Assembly: GCA_045578495.1 (NCBI GenBank)
Contig: JAZNKI010000031.1
Span: forward strand, 233-64,232
Direction: 5' to 3'
DNA from: Faecalimonas sp.
Lineage (GTDB): Bacteria > Bacillota > Clostridia > Lachnospirales > Lachnospiraceae
Length of the DNA: 64,000 nt
Positions 20,369 to 30,347 of this stretch are shown here, piece by piece. Both the position numbers and the translations under genes were made by a program. The notes beneath the pieces are model-generated. The model searched no databases and was not told where the DNA came from. It saw nothing but the letters and a program-made list of their open reading frames with translations. Numbering within the stretch: position 1 is the first letter of the stretch; each line of letters opens with the position of its first letter.

Positions 20369-21616
20369 ATGGCAGAAATGATTGATACAAGAGAGACAAA
20401 AGAAAAAGTAATCCTAGTTGGCGTCAGTACAAGTGATCACGATGATACGGAAAAATCATTGGATGAATTAGAAGAGTTAGTGGCAACAGCAGGTGCCGTG
20501 ACGGTAGGAAGAGTGATTCAAAATTTGGATCAGATTCATCCAGGTACCTATGTAGGAAAAGGGAAATTAGAGGAAATCAAAGATCTTTTATGGGAAACAG
20601 AAGCAACGGGTATTATTTGTGATGATGAACTCTCGCCGATTCAATTGGGAAATATGGAAGATGCATTAGATACGAAAGTAATGGATCGTACTTTGATTAT
20701 TCTAGATATTTTTGCGGGAAGAGCATCTACCAATGAAGGAAAGATTCAAGTAGAGCTTGCTCAACTAAAATACCGACAATCCAGATTGACTGGCTTAGGA
20801 AAATCACTTTCGCGACTTGGTGGTGGTATAGGAACAAGAGGTCCAGGTGAAAAGAAATTGGAAATGGACCGAAGATTGATTCGAGACCGAATTGCTCAAT
20901 TAAATCGCGAATTAAAAGATGTGAAGAGACACAGAGAAGTGACAAGGGAGCAGAGAAGTCGAAATAAGATTCCGGTTGTTGCAATTGTGGGATATACCAA
21001 TGCAGGAAAATCCACGTTGTTAAACACATTGACAGGAGCGGGCGTTTTAGAGGAGGATAAGTTGTTTGCAACCCTTGATCCGACGACTCGAAATTTGAAA
21101 CTTCCGAGCAAGCAAGAAGTGTTACTTACTGATACAGTTGGATTTATTCGTAAATTGCCACATCATTTGATTGAGGCATTTCGAAGCACTTTAGAAGAAG
21201 CAAAATATGCGGATATGATTTTACATGTGGTGGATGCATCCAATCCACAAGTAGATGAGCAAATGCATATTGTGTATGAGACACTTACAAACTTGGAAGT
21301 GAAGAACAAACCGATTATTACGGCTTTTAATAAGCAAGATAAAATAACAGGTGAAATTATTTTGCGTGATTTTCATGCAGACCATATCGTGAGAATTTCA
21401 GCGAAACACGGAGATGGTCTTGATGAATTACAAGAAGTGATTGAAGAGGTTCTCCGAGGACAAAAAGTATTGATTGAAAAAGTATATGATTATGCAGAAG
21501 CTGGAAAGATACAGATGATTCGTAAGTATGGAGAATTGTTGCAGGAAGAATATCGTGAAGACGGTATTTTTGTACAAGGTTATGTGCCGGCAGAAATTTA
21601 CGAGAAAGTGAAGTAG
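20369..21616 (+). CDS. hflX: Ribosome-splitting GTPase HflX
   Basis: RGPGEKKLE, GYTNAGKST, LFATLD, DTVGF, NKQD. Confidence 0.97.
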   Translation: MAEMIDTRETKEKVILVGVSTSDHDDTEKSLDELEELVATAGAVTVGRVIQNLDQIHPGTYVGKGKLEEIKDLLWETEATGIICDDELSPIQLGNMEDALDTKVMDRTLIILDIFAGRASTNEGKIQVELAQLKYRQSRLTGLGKSLSRLGGGIGTRGPGEKKLEMDRRLIRDRIAQLNRELKDVKRHREVTREQRSRNKIPVVAIVGYTNAGKSTLLNTLTGAGVLEEDKLFATLDPTTRNLKLPSKQEVLLTDTVGFIRKLPHHLIEAFRSTLEEAKYADMILHVVDASNPQVDEQMHIVYETLTNLEVKNKPIITAFNKQDKITGEIILRDFHADHIVRISAKHGDGLDELQEVIEEVLRGQKVLIEKVYDYAEAGKIQMIRKYGELLQEEYREDGIFVQGYVPAEIYEKVK

Positions 21617-21621
21617 AAAGT

Positions 21622-22185
21622 ATGAAGCGTTATCAGATTACAGAGTGGTGTCATCATTTTATCCGTGAACATGTGAAGGAGGGGGACTTGTGTATTGATG
21701 CAACAGCAGGAAATGGAAATGATACGTTGTTATTGTGTGAACTCGTAGGTGACACTGGAACGGTCCTTGCTTTTGATATTCAAGAAGAGGCAATTGCACA
21801 TACAAAAGAGCGGTTGGAAAAAGCAGGTGTTGCAAAACGTGCTCAAGTACATTTGGAAAGTCATGTGAAGATGGGAGCATATGTACAGGAGGCGAGCGTT
21901 AGCTGTATTGTCTTTAATTTTGGGTATCTCCCAGGTGGAGACCACAGCTTGGCAACAAAGAAAGAAACTAGTGTGAAGGCGGTACGAGAAGGACTCAAAC
22001 TTCTCAAAAAAGGTGGAATGATGAGTCTTTGCATTTACAGTGGAGGAGACAGCGGTTTTGAAGAGCGAGATGCTCTTTTAGAAGCAGTGAAAAACCTAGA
22101 TGGAAAACAGTATTTGGTGATTGCGAGTGCTTATTATAATCGGCCAAACAATCCACCAATACCAGTCATGATTTTCAAATTGTAA
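21622..22185 (+). CDS. Class I SAM-dependent methyltransferase (YtqB/MnmM-like)
   Basis: IDATAGNGNDT, FDIQ, FNFGYLPGGD. Confidence 0.85.
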   Translation: MKRYQITEWCHHFIREHVKEGDLCIDATAGNGNDTLLLCELVGDTGTVLAFDIQEEAIAHTKERLEKAGVAKRAQVHLESHVKMGAYVQEASVSCIVFNFGYLPGGDHSLATKKETSVKAVREGLKLLKKGGMMSLCIYSGGDSGFEERDALLEAVKNLDGKQYLVIASAYYNRPNNPPIPVMIFKL

Positions 22186-22209
22186 CTTGGAACAATCAGG
22201 AGGAATAAG

Positions 22210-25200
22210 ATGAGTTTACAATTTATCATGGGACCTTCCGGAGCAGGAAAGTCCCATTATTTATATCAGTGGGTAACGAAAGAATCTTTGGAACATCCAA
22301 ATAAAAAATATATTGTATTGGTGCCGGAGCAGTTTACCATGCAGACACAGAAGGACCTTGTTATGGCAAGTCCTAGAAAGGGGATTTTGAATGTAGAAGT
22401 TTTAAGTTTCCATAGACTTGCACAGCGCGTGTTTGACGAGGTTGGTGAGAATCATCGCACAATTCTAGATGATGTTGGAAAGAATTTTGTGATTCGAAGA
22501 ATTGCAGGAGAACAAGACGAAGAACTGAAGGTAATAGGAAGTAATCTGCGAAAAGTAGGTTATATAAGTGAGGTTAAATCCATCATTTCCGAATTTACTC
22601 AATACAATATACAACCAGAGCACTTGGATGAAATGATGGAACATGTGAAAAAGAATCCAAATCTATGTTACAAACTAAGTGATCTTAAGGTTATTTATGA
22701 AAGTTTTCGAGAATATTTAAAAGAAAAGTACATTACAGGGGAAGAAGTCCTAGATGTGCTTTCTTCGGTTGCGCATAAATCTATATTGTTGAAGGATAGT
22801 GTGATTGTTTTGGATGGATTTACCGGATTTACCCCAGTACAAAACCAACTATTAAACACACTCATGTGTCTTTGTGAAGATGTGTTAGTGACCGTTACCA
22901 TGGATAAATCAGAAGATCCGTTTGTTTATCAAAATCCGTATCAATTGTTTGCTTTGAGTAAGCAGATGGTTGATACGTTAATGCATATGGCCAAAGAGAG
23001 CAAAGTGGACGTAAAAAGACCGGTTTGTCTGTTTGAAGAACCAGTTTATCGTTTTCGAGAAAATAGACCACTGGCTTTTATGGAGTCGTACTTGTTTCGC
23101 TATTCAAATAAAAGTTTTGATGATAAACAAGATGCTATTCAGATTTGGTGCGCTAAAAATCCACGTGAAGAGATGGATTTTGTGGCACAAAAAATTCGAT
23201 ATTTGGTACGGACCGGACAATGCAGATATCAGGATATTGCAATCCTTACAAGTGCATTAGATGGATATGCAAATCATATTGAACGAATTTTTGAGAGGTA
23301 CGAAATTCCTGTTTTCATGGATCACAAGAGAAGCATCTTGCTAAATTCCTGTGTGGAGTACATACGAAGTTTGTTAGCAATGGCGGAACAAAATTTTACT
23401 TATGCAAGTGTATTTCGTTATCTTCGCACGGGGCTTGCGGGAATTAGCCGAGATGAAGTGGATGTGTTGGAAAACTATGTTTTGGCACTCGGTATACGCG
23501 GGTATAAGAAATGGCAGGAAAAATGGGTTCGTAGAGCGAGAAAAATGTCAGTGGAAGAATTGAATGAAATCAATCTTATTCGAGAGACAATCATGAATCG
23601 ATTGGAAACGATTATGTCCGTTCTTAAGAGTCGAGATAAGACCGTTCTAGACGTAACACGTGCGCTACATAGTTTCTTTATGGAAAATGAGTTGCAATTG
23701 CGTGTGAAAGAATATCAATTAAAATTCGAAGCAGAGGGTGAACTTGCGTTGGCAAAGGAGTATGCACAAGTTTACCGTATAGTTATGGAATTGTTTGATC
23801 AGTTCGTGGAGTTGTTAGGAGAAGAAAAAATTTCGCTAAAAGAATACTGCGAACTACTTGATGCAGGACTGGAAGAAGCAAAAGTAGGTGTGATACCACC
23901 AAGCCTAGACCAAGTTATGGTAGGGGATGTAGAAAGAAGCCGTATCAAAGATGTGAAAGTGGTGTTTTTAGTAGGTGTGAGTGACAAGAATCTTCCAGGA
24001 AACATGTCCGGAGGAGGATTCTTAACAGAGTATGATCGCCAAATGATTACTGCAACGGGAAGAGTACTAGCTCCTGGGATGAAAGAAAAAATATATATCC
24101 AAAAATTTTATTTGTACTTAATTCTAACAAAACCAACCGATCAGGTATATTTGACGTATAGTGCGAGTGATTCGGATGGGAATTCATCTAGACCATCTTA
24201 TTTGGTAACAGAGATTGCAAAATTATTTCCTGAGCTGTGTGTTCAAAATGTATCTTCTGAGATTAAGAAAAAAGAGTTTACGCCACAAAGCGGAGTATCT
24301 TCTTTGATTGAGGGATTGCAACAACGAGAGAATGGTTTGAGCATAGAATGGCAAGAACTGTATGCTTGGTACAAGAAGCAAGAAGAGTGGAATGGAACGA
24401 TTGAACGCATTTTAGAAGCAGCGTTTTATGAGAAACCGGAACACACATTGACGACAGAAACTGCAAAACAGTTGTACGGTGATGTTTTGGATAATAGTGT
24501 GAGTCGATTAGAAGCATTTTCGAACTGTGCATATTCTCATTTTCTTGAGTATGGTTTACGTTTGAAAGAACGTGAAGAATATCAATTCAAAGGAGCTGAT
24601 TTTGGAACACTGTTTCATTCATCAATAGAAAAATTTTCGCGTAAGGTCGAAAAAAGTGAGTGGTCATGGAATGATTTGCCAGAACAATCTCAAGAAGAAT
24701 TTATACAACAAAGCGTCGATGAAAGTGTTGTAGATTACGGGAATTCTATTTTGTACAGTTCTGCTCGAAATGAGTACATGATTTTGCGATTAAAGAGATT
24801 ACTCAGACGAACTGTGTGGGCAATGAGACAGCAACTGCAAAAAGGAGATTTTATACCAGATGGTTACGAGGTGATCTTCAATTACTTGAAAGGTCTTCGC
24901 ATGTCAAATGTAGATTTGGGAGAGCTTGGAAAACTCCGCCTGAACGGAAAAATCGATCGCGTGGATATCTGCGAAGACGAAGAGAATGTATACGTTAAAA
25001 TTGTCGATTATAAAACGAGTGCCACAGCGTTTGATTGGAGCAAGCTTTGTCATGGTCTTCAAATTCAATTGTTTGTATATATGAAAGCGGCCATGGAGTT
25101 ACAGGAAATGAAATCCTCTGGAAAGAAGATTGTACCGGCAGGTGCTCTTTACTATGGTGCGGTTGACCCAATTGTCTCAGCTCGGGACGATTTGGAAAAG

Positions 25201-25641
25201 GTGGAAATAGAGATTTTGAAGAGTCTAAAACCACAGGGGTTGGTACAGAATGACGAAACGATTATTGGTCATTTGGATAGAGATTTTACAAAGGGTTCAC
25301 AAGTTATACCTGTGACAAGAGATAAAGATGGAATTATAAAAGCTACGGATACGGTTGTAACTGCAGAAGAATTTGAGCTTGTAGAAAATTATATTGAACA
25401 TCAAGTTCAAAAGATTGGGAAACAGATTCTAGAGGGAGAAGCAGAAATTGCGCCGTATAAACTGGAGGACAACACGGGATGTAAGTATTGTCGGTATCAA
25501 TCTGTTTGTGGCTTCGAGGAAAAAGTGCCGGGATATCAGTATCGAGAATTAGAAAAGATGGATAAACAGAAAGCGTTAGAGAAAATGCGTGAGGAGGTGG
25601 ATACATGGGAGATAAATTCACAAAAGAACAACAGCAAGTAA
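22210..25641 (+). CDS. addB: ATP-dependent helicase/nuclease subunit B
   Basis: GPSGAGKS, VPEQFT, nuclease GKIDRVD..VDYK, Fe-S cysteines CKYCRYQSVC. Confidence 0.96.
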   Translation: MSLQFIMGPSGAGKSHYLYQWVTKESLEHPNKKYIVLVPEQFTMQTQKDLVMASPRKGILNVEVLSFHRLAQRVFDEVGENHRTILDDVGKNFVIRRIAGEQDEELKVIGSNLRKVGYISEVKSIISEFTQYNIQPEHLDEMMEHVKKNPNLCYKLSDLKVIYESFREYLKEKYITGEEVLDVLSSVAHKSILLKDSVIVLDGFTGFTPVQNQLLNTLMCLCEDVLVTVTMDKSEDPFVYQNPYQLFALSKQMVDTLMHMAKESKVDVKRPVCLFEEPVYRFRENRPLAFMESYLFRYSNKSFDDKQDAIQIWCAKNPREEMDFVAQKIRYLVRTGQCRYQDIAILTSALDGYANHIERIFERYEIPVFMDHKRSILLNSCVEYIRSLLAMAEQNFTYASVFRYLRTGLAGISRDEVDVLENYVLALGIRGYKKWQEKWVRRARKMSVEELNEINLIRETIMNRLETIMSVLKSRDKTVLDVTRALHSFFMENELQLRVKEYQLKFEAEGELALAKEYAQVYRIVMELFDQFVELLGEEKISLKEYCELLDAGLEEAKVGVIPPSLDQVMVGDVERSRIKDVKVVFLVGVSDKNLPGNMSGGGFLTEYDRQMITATGRVLAPGMKEKIYIQKFYLYLILTKPTDQVYLTYSASDSDGNSSRPSYLVTEIAKLFPELCVQNVSSEIKKKEFTPQSGVSSLIEGLQQRENGLSIEWQELYAWYKKQEEWNGTIERILEAAFYEKPEHTLTTETAKQLYGDVLDNSVSRLEAFSNCAYSHFLEYGLRLKEREEYQFKGADFGTLFHSSIEKFSRKVEKSEWSWNDLPEQSQEEFIQQSVDESVVDYGNSILYSSARNEYMILRLKRLLRRTVWAMRQQLQKGDFIPDGYEVIFNYLKGLRMSNVDLGELGKLRLNGKIDRVDICEDEENVYVKIVDYKTSATAFDWSKLCHGLQIQLFVYMKAAMELQEMKSSGKKIVPAGALYYGAVDPIVSARDDLEKVEIEILKSLKPQGLVQNDETIIGHLDRDFTKGSQVIPVTRDKDGIIKATDTVVTAEEFELVENYIEHQVQKIGKQILEGEAEIAPYKLEDNTGCKYCRYQSVCGFEEKVPGYQYRELEKMDKQKALEKMREEVDTWEINSQKNNSK

Positions 25642-28600
25642 TTGAACTTCGTAATTGCAATCTCTTAGTATCCGCAGCAGCGGGTTCTGGAAAAACTACT
25701 GTCTTGGTAGGACGTATTATTGAGCGCCTTACAAATGATAAACCACCCATCAATGTAGATGAACTTTTGGTTGTGACATATACAGATGCAGCAGCTGCTG
25801 AAATGAAAGAACGTATCCACGCAGCGATAGAAAAAGCATTGCAAGAACAACCAAACAATGAACATCTTCAACGCCAAGCGGCATTGATTCATCAAGCAAA
25901 TATTTCTACCATGCACACATTCTGCATGTCTGTTATTCGAGAAAATTTCCATCGAATCGGTCTGGATTCGGGTGTCCGGGTAGGAGAAAGCGGAGAGATT
26001 GAATTGCTGAAACAGGATGTGTTGAAGCTGGTATTAGAGGAAGCGTATCAAAATGCGACGCCAGAATTTCTCTTCTTTGTAGAATGTTATTCTCCGAAGA
26101 AAAGTGACAGTGAGTTGGAAACATTAATTTTAAATTTGCATAAGGCGTCAGAAAGTCATCCGAATCCATCGAGATGGCTGGATGAATGTGTAAAACAGTA
26201 CGAACTTTTAGACGAAAAAGAATTAAATGAAAAGGAATTTGTGAAAAATCTTGTAGCCGATTTGCAAAAAGAATTTTTGGATTGGAAGAGGCGGATAGAA
26301 TTTTGCATTGAAATTTGTGAATTTGGCGATGGACCATTGAGTTACAAGGAAAAATTCGAGTCGGATATTTCTCATTTGGAACGATTTGCACAAGCAGATT
26401 CCTTTACAAAAATGCAGACAGAATTGCAAGATTATAAGTGGAAAACGTTGACGTTAAACAAAGCGGATGTATTTTCAGAAGAAAAGCAGAAACAAGTACG
26501 AGATTTGCGAGATTCTATGAAAGAAAGAGTGAAGGAAATTAAAGAGGAGTACTTCAAAACATCTTTTGAGGAAATTCAAGCAAGCATGAAAGCAGCAGGG
26601 CAAAATGTGGAAGTGCTTGTGAGTTTGGTAAAAAGATTCTCTGAGGAGTTTAAAAAGGAAAAGCAAAAGAAAAATATCATTGATTTCAATGATATGGAGC
26701 ATTTTGCAATCAATATACTAACCAAAGAGGTGGATGGCAAACTTGTACCAAGTGAAGTGGCAGAAGGATATCAAGAAAAATTTGCAGAAATTATGATTGA
26801 TGAATATCAAGATATCAACTTGTTGCAAGAGGAAATCATGAAAAGCATCTCGGGAATCTCAAAGGGAGATTACAACCTCTTTATGGTGGGGGATGTAAAA
26901 CAAAGTATTTATCGATTCCGTTTGGCACGACCAGAATTGTTCCTGAAAAAATATCAGGAGTATGATTTTGAGAAGGGAAAAGAACGACGTGTCGATTTAA
27001 GCAAGAACTTTCGAAGCAGGAGAGAAGTACTTGATAGCACCAATTTTGTGTTTGAGCAAATTATGACGGCAGGCCTAGGTGGCATAGAATATGATGACAA
27101 AGCGGCTCTTTATGTTGGCGCAAATTATGAGGAAAAACCAGATAATGAGACGGAACTTCTTTTGCTTGATTTGCCGGGGTATAAAGCGGATCAAAGAATG
27201 GAGTTAGAAGGGAATGTCATTGCAAAAAGAATCAAGGAACTGAAAGGGAAGCATCAAGTTTTAGATAAGAAGACAGGAACCTATAGAGCAGCTCGTTATA
27301 GTGATATCGTGATTTTGACCAGAAGTCCAAAACATTGGAATAAACCATTGGCAAAGGCTCTAAATCAAGCAGGCATCCCGACATATATGAATTCGAAAGA
27401 AGGGTATTTTCAGACGTATGAAATACAGTTGGTCTTAAACTACTTGAGGATTTTGGACAACCCAAGGCAGGACATTCCGTTGACTGCAGTAATGACTTCT
27501 GCATTTGGAAATTTCACAACGGAAGAGTTGGCATTAATCCAAAGTCATACAAACGGAAAAACGATGTATGAAAACGTGCTTGGGTATTTGGAAAGTGGTG
27601 AAGATGACAAATTAAAACGACATTTGGAGACATTTGTAGCATTGTTTGAACGATTCCGCGATATGGTTCCTTACACTGCCATTCACGTATTGTTATGGCG
27701 ACTTATGGAAGAGAGTGGTTACCTGGATTATATGAGTGCGTTTCCGAATGGTGAGCAACGTGTTGCCAATCTAGAAATGTTGATTGAAAAGGCAATTGCA
27801 TTTGAAGGAACCAGTTACAAAGGTCTGTTCAATTTTGTTCGCTATATGGAACAAATTGAAAAATATGAAATTGATTTCGGAGAGGCAAATCTTATGGATG
27901 ATCAGATGGATGTTGTAACCCTGATGAGTATGCATAAGAGTAAGGGGTTAGAATTTCCGATTGTGTTCGTTGCAGGGCTAGGAAAACAAATCAGCAGAAG
28001 GGACATTTCGAACAATATTTTGTACCATTCTGATTGGGGAATTGGAATGGAAGAAATCAATCCTATAACCAGAACGAAAAGGACGACGTTGTTAAAAGAA
28101 GCAATTGCGCAAAAACTTCATTCAGAATTAGATGCCGAAGAAATGCGTGTATTATATGTGGCTATGACTCGTGCCAAGGAAAAAATGATTCTCACAGGTG
28201 GAGTTTCGAATTTGGAAAAGCGATTGCAAAATGTTGAAATGTTACAAAACTATTTTGACACAACGCTTCCTTATCGAAACTTGTCGAAAGTGAGCGATGC
28301 AATGGATTGGTTGTTGGCATCGTTGTATCGAAATCAATGTTTTGACTCTGTGCGAGAGGATTATGGCATTCCAGCACCATTTCGAAATCCAATGTTTTTC
28401 CGCGAAATTCCAATGAGAGTGAAACGAATTTCGATGGAGGATATTGTTGAACAAGAGATGGAAGACACAAATAGAAACAGACTTACCAAAGAAATTCTGA
28501 AACGGATGGATACGGAAGAGCTTTATGATGCGGATGTGAAGGCTCAATTAGAAGAGCAATTTTCTTACGTTTACCCATACCAACAAGAAGAAAAAATCAA

Positions 28601-29237
28601 ACAAAAAATTTCTGTATCAGAATTGAAGAAACAGATGTACGAAGAAGATGACGGGGAACATGCATATCGCGAGGAAGAAGTGATACCGTTGTTACCGAAA
28701 TTTATTCAAGAAGATGAAATGTTAACCGGTGCTTCCCGTGGAACGGCATACCATAAACTGATGGAAATTTTGGATTTTACGAAGGAGTACGATGCGACTC
28801 TTTTACAAAAGGAAATGATTGCTATACAGGAAAAAGGAATTATGACTGAGAAGATGATTTCCTGTATTCGGAAGAAAGATATTTTGGCCTTTTTGCAATC
28901 AAATATTGGAGTGCGTATGAGACAGGCTAGTCTGAATGGCAATTATTATACAGAACAGCCATTTGTGATGGGAATGCCAGCCAACGTAGTGTATCCGAAG
29001 ATCGAATCGGACGAGATTGTGTTGGTACAGGGAATTATTGATGCATATTTTGAAGAAGAGGGAGAATTGGTCCTAGTAGATTACAAGACGGATCGTGTCG
29101 AATCTGTAAATGAATTGAAGACGAAATATCTTTCTCAATTGGAGTATTATTCCGAAGCCCTTGAACGATTGACTGGAAAACGCGTAAAAGAGAGAAGAAT
29201 TTATTCGTTTGCACTGCATGCAGAGATTGAATTATAG
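25605..29237 (+). CDS. addA: ATP-dependent helicase/nuclease subunit A
   Basis: AAAGSGKT, IDEYQD, VGDVKQSIYRFR, HKSKGLEF, YVAMTRA, GIID..VDYKT. Confidence 0.97.
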   Translation: MGDKFTKEQQQVIELRNCNLLVSAAAGSGKTTVLVGRIIERLTNDKPPINVDELLVVTYTDAAAAEMKERIHAAIEKALQEQPNNEHLQRQAALIHQANISTMHTFCMSVIRENFHRIGLDSGVRVGESGEIELLKQDVLKLVLEEAYQNATPEFLFFVECYSPKKSDSELETLILNLHKASESHPNPSRWLDECVKQYELLDEKELNEKEFVKNLVADLQKEFLDWKRRIEFCIEICEFGDGPLSYKEKFESDISHLERFAQADSFTKMQTELQDYKWKTLTLNKADVFSEEKQKQVRDLRDSMKERVKEIKEEYFKTSFEEIQASMKAAGQNVEVLVSLVKRFSEEFKKEKQKKNIIDFNDMEHFAINILTKEVDGKLVPSEVAEGYQEKFAEIMIDEYQDINLLQEEIMKSISGISKGDYNLFMVGDVKQSIYRFRLARPELFLKKYQEYDFEKGKERRVDLSKNFRSRREVLDSTNFVFEQIMTAGLGGIEYDDKAALYVGANYEEKPDNETELLLLDLPGYKADQRMELEGNVIAKRIKELKGKHQVLDKKTGTYRAARYSDIVILTRSPKHWNKPLAKALNQAGIPTYMNSKEGYFQTYEIQLVLNYLRILDNPRQDIPLTAVMTSAFGNFTTEELALIQSHTNGKTMYENVLGYLESGEDDKLKRHLETFVALFERFRDMVPYTAIHVLLWRLMEESGYLDYMSAFPNGEQRVANLEMLIEKAIAFEGTSYKGLFNFVRYMEQIEKYEIDFGEANLMDDQMDVVTLMSMHKSKGLEFPIVFVAGLGKQISRRDISNNILYHSDWGIGMEEINPITRTKRTTLLKEAIAQKLHSELDAEEMRVLYVAMTRAKEKMILTGGVSNLEKRLQNVEMLQNYFDTTLPYRNLSKVSDAMDWLLASLYRNQCFDSVREDYGIPAPFRNPMFFREIPMRVKRISMEDIVEQEMEDTNRNRLTKEILKRMDTEELYDADVKAQLEEQFSYVYPYQQEEKIKQKISVSELKKQMYEEDDGEHAYREEEVIPLLPKFIQEDEMLTGASRGTAYHKLMEILDFTKEYDATLLQKEMIAIQEKGIMTEKMISCIRKKDILAFLQSNIGVRMRQASLNGNYYTEQPFVMGMPANVVYPKIESDEIVLVQGIIDAYFEEEGELVLVDYKTDRVESVNELKTKYLSQLEYYSEALERLTGKRVKERRIYSFALHAEIEL

Positions 29238-29293
29238 TAGAGACAAAATCAATGGTGTTGTGTGAGTGAATCGAATAAAATCATGAAAATAGG

Positions 29294-29325
29294 AAATCCT
29301 CTTCCAAAAAGGAAGGGGATTTTTT
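29294..29325 (+). terminator. Hairpin plus T-tract covering the ssp RBS (addA terminator and/or translational control)
   Basis: AAATCCTCTTCC-AAAAA-GGAAGGGGATTT then TTT immediately before ATG 29326. Confidence 0.6.
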
Positions 29326-29523
29326 ATGTCTAAGAAAAAGAAGATTTGTTTAGAAGAACTTACGGAAGAAGAAAAAATGAAATATGAAATCGCAAAAGAA
29401 TTGGGTCTGTTAGACCGAGTAATGGAGGAGGGGTGGCGTTCCTTGTCTTCCAAGGAAACCGGAAAAATCGGAGGTCTTGTTACAAAGAGACGTAGAGAAA
29501 TGAAAGTGTACAAAGAGACGTAG
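29326..29523 (+). CDS. Small acid-soluble spore protein, alpha/beta type (SspF-like)
   Basis: MKYEIAKELGL and LSSKETGKIGG motifs. Confidence 0.88.
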   Translation: MSKKKKICLEELTEEEKMKYEIAKELGLLDRVMEEGWRSLSSKETGKIGGLVTKRRREMKVYKET

Positions 29524-29535
29524 AGAAATGAAAGT
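29481..29535. repeat. Tandem duplication, 28-bp period
   Basis: TACAAAGAGACGTAGAGAAATGAAAGT at 29481 and 29509. Confidence 0.95.
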
Positions 29536-29593
29536 TGCGAAATAAAGAAAAATCTGTTATAATCACGAAGTTGGGGATTATACAGGTGAGATT

Positions 29594-30268
29594 ATGAATG
29601 AGAAAATAGAAGTATTAGGATTACAAATGAATAATCTAAATGCCAAAGAGGCATTGAAAACTGTCATGTCTTATATGGAAACAGAACCGGCAAATGTCAT
29701 TGAGATGGTTACGATGAACACGATTGCAAAGTTTCAAGGAATGGAGAGTTCTGATGAAGTGTTTGGGTCAATCGATTTGGCATTGGCTAGTGACAAGGGA
29801 ATTTTACAAGCGGCGGGAATTACAGAAGAACGTCAATTAAAAGAAGTGGATGACCTGTTGTTTATTAAGATGGCTTTACGCTATTTTCATAAGAATAGTG
29901 TGAGAGTATTTCTTTTAGCGGAAACGGCGGAAGATTTGCAAAAATTAGAAGTATACATGGAAGAAGATTATGCAAATATTCAAGTTGTAGAGAAGGCTAC
30001 AATGGAAGAACAAGGAACCTCAGATGATATGCTGCTGAATTTGATTAACGGAGCTGAAGCGGTGTGCGTATTGTCGGCCTTGCCGTCTCCGATGGAGGAA
30101 CAATTTATTTCCCGAAATAAATTATTGGTAAATGCGAGAGTATGGTTGGGTCTTGGAAATTTATTGGATGAAATGAAAAAAGAGAAAACCGCATTTCAAA
30201 AAGTAAAGGAATTTGTTCTTAGACAACTCTTAAAGAAAGAAATGGCAAAAAAAGGGGAAAATGCATAA
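29594..30268 (+). CDS. WecB/TagA/CpsF glycosyltransferase-family protein (divergent)
   Basis: N-terminus and overall layout resemble TagA/WecG but the motifs are degenerate. Confidence 0.65.
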   Translation: MNEKIEVLGLQMNNLNAKEALKTVMSYMETEPANVIEMVTMNTIAKFQGMESSDEVFGSIDLALASDKGILQAAGITEERQLKEVDDLLFIKMALRYFHKNSVRVFLLAETAEDLQKLEVYMEEDYANIQVVEKATMEEQGTSDDMLLNLINGAEAVCVLSALPSPMEEQFISRNKLLVNARVWLGLGNLLDEMKKEKTAFQKVKEFVLRQLLKKEMAKKGENA

Positions 30269-30297
30269 AAAAATGCATTTTTCCCCTTTATTTTTTT
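30251..30297 (+). terminator. Terminator hairpin
   Basis: AAAGGGGAAAATGCAT-A6-ATGCATTTTTCCCCTTT then T-tract. Confidence 0.7.
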
Positions 30298-30347
30298 GTG
30301 ATTTTGCATTAATATGTAGGAAGGTTAGTAGTTATGGAGGAATACAA

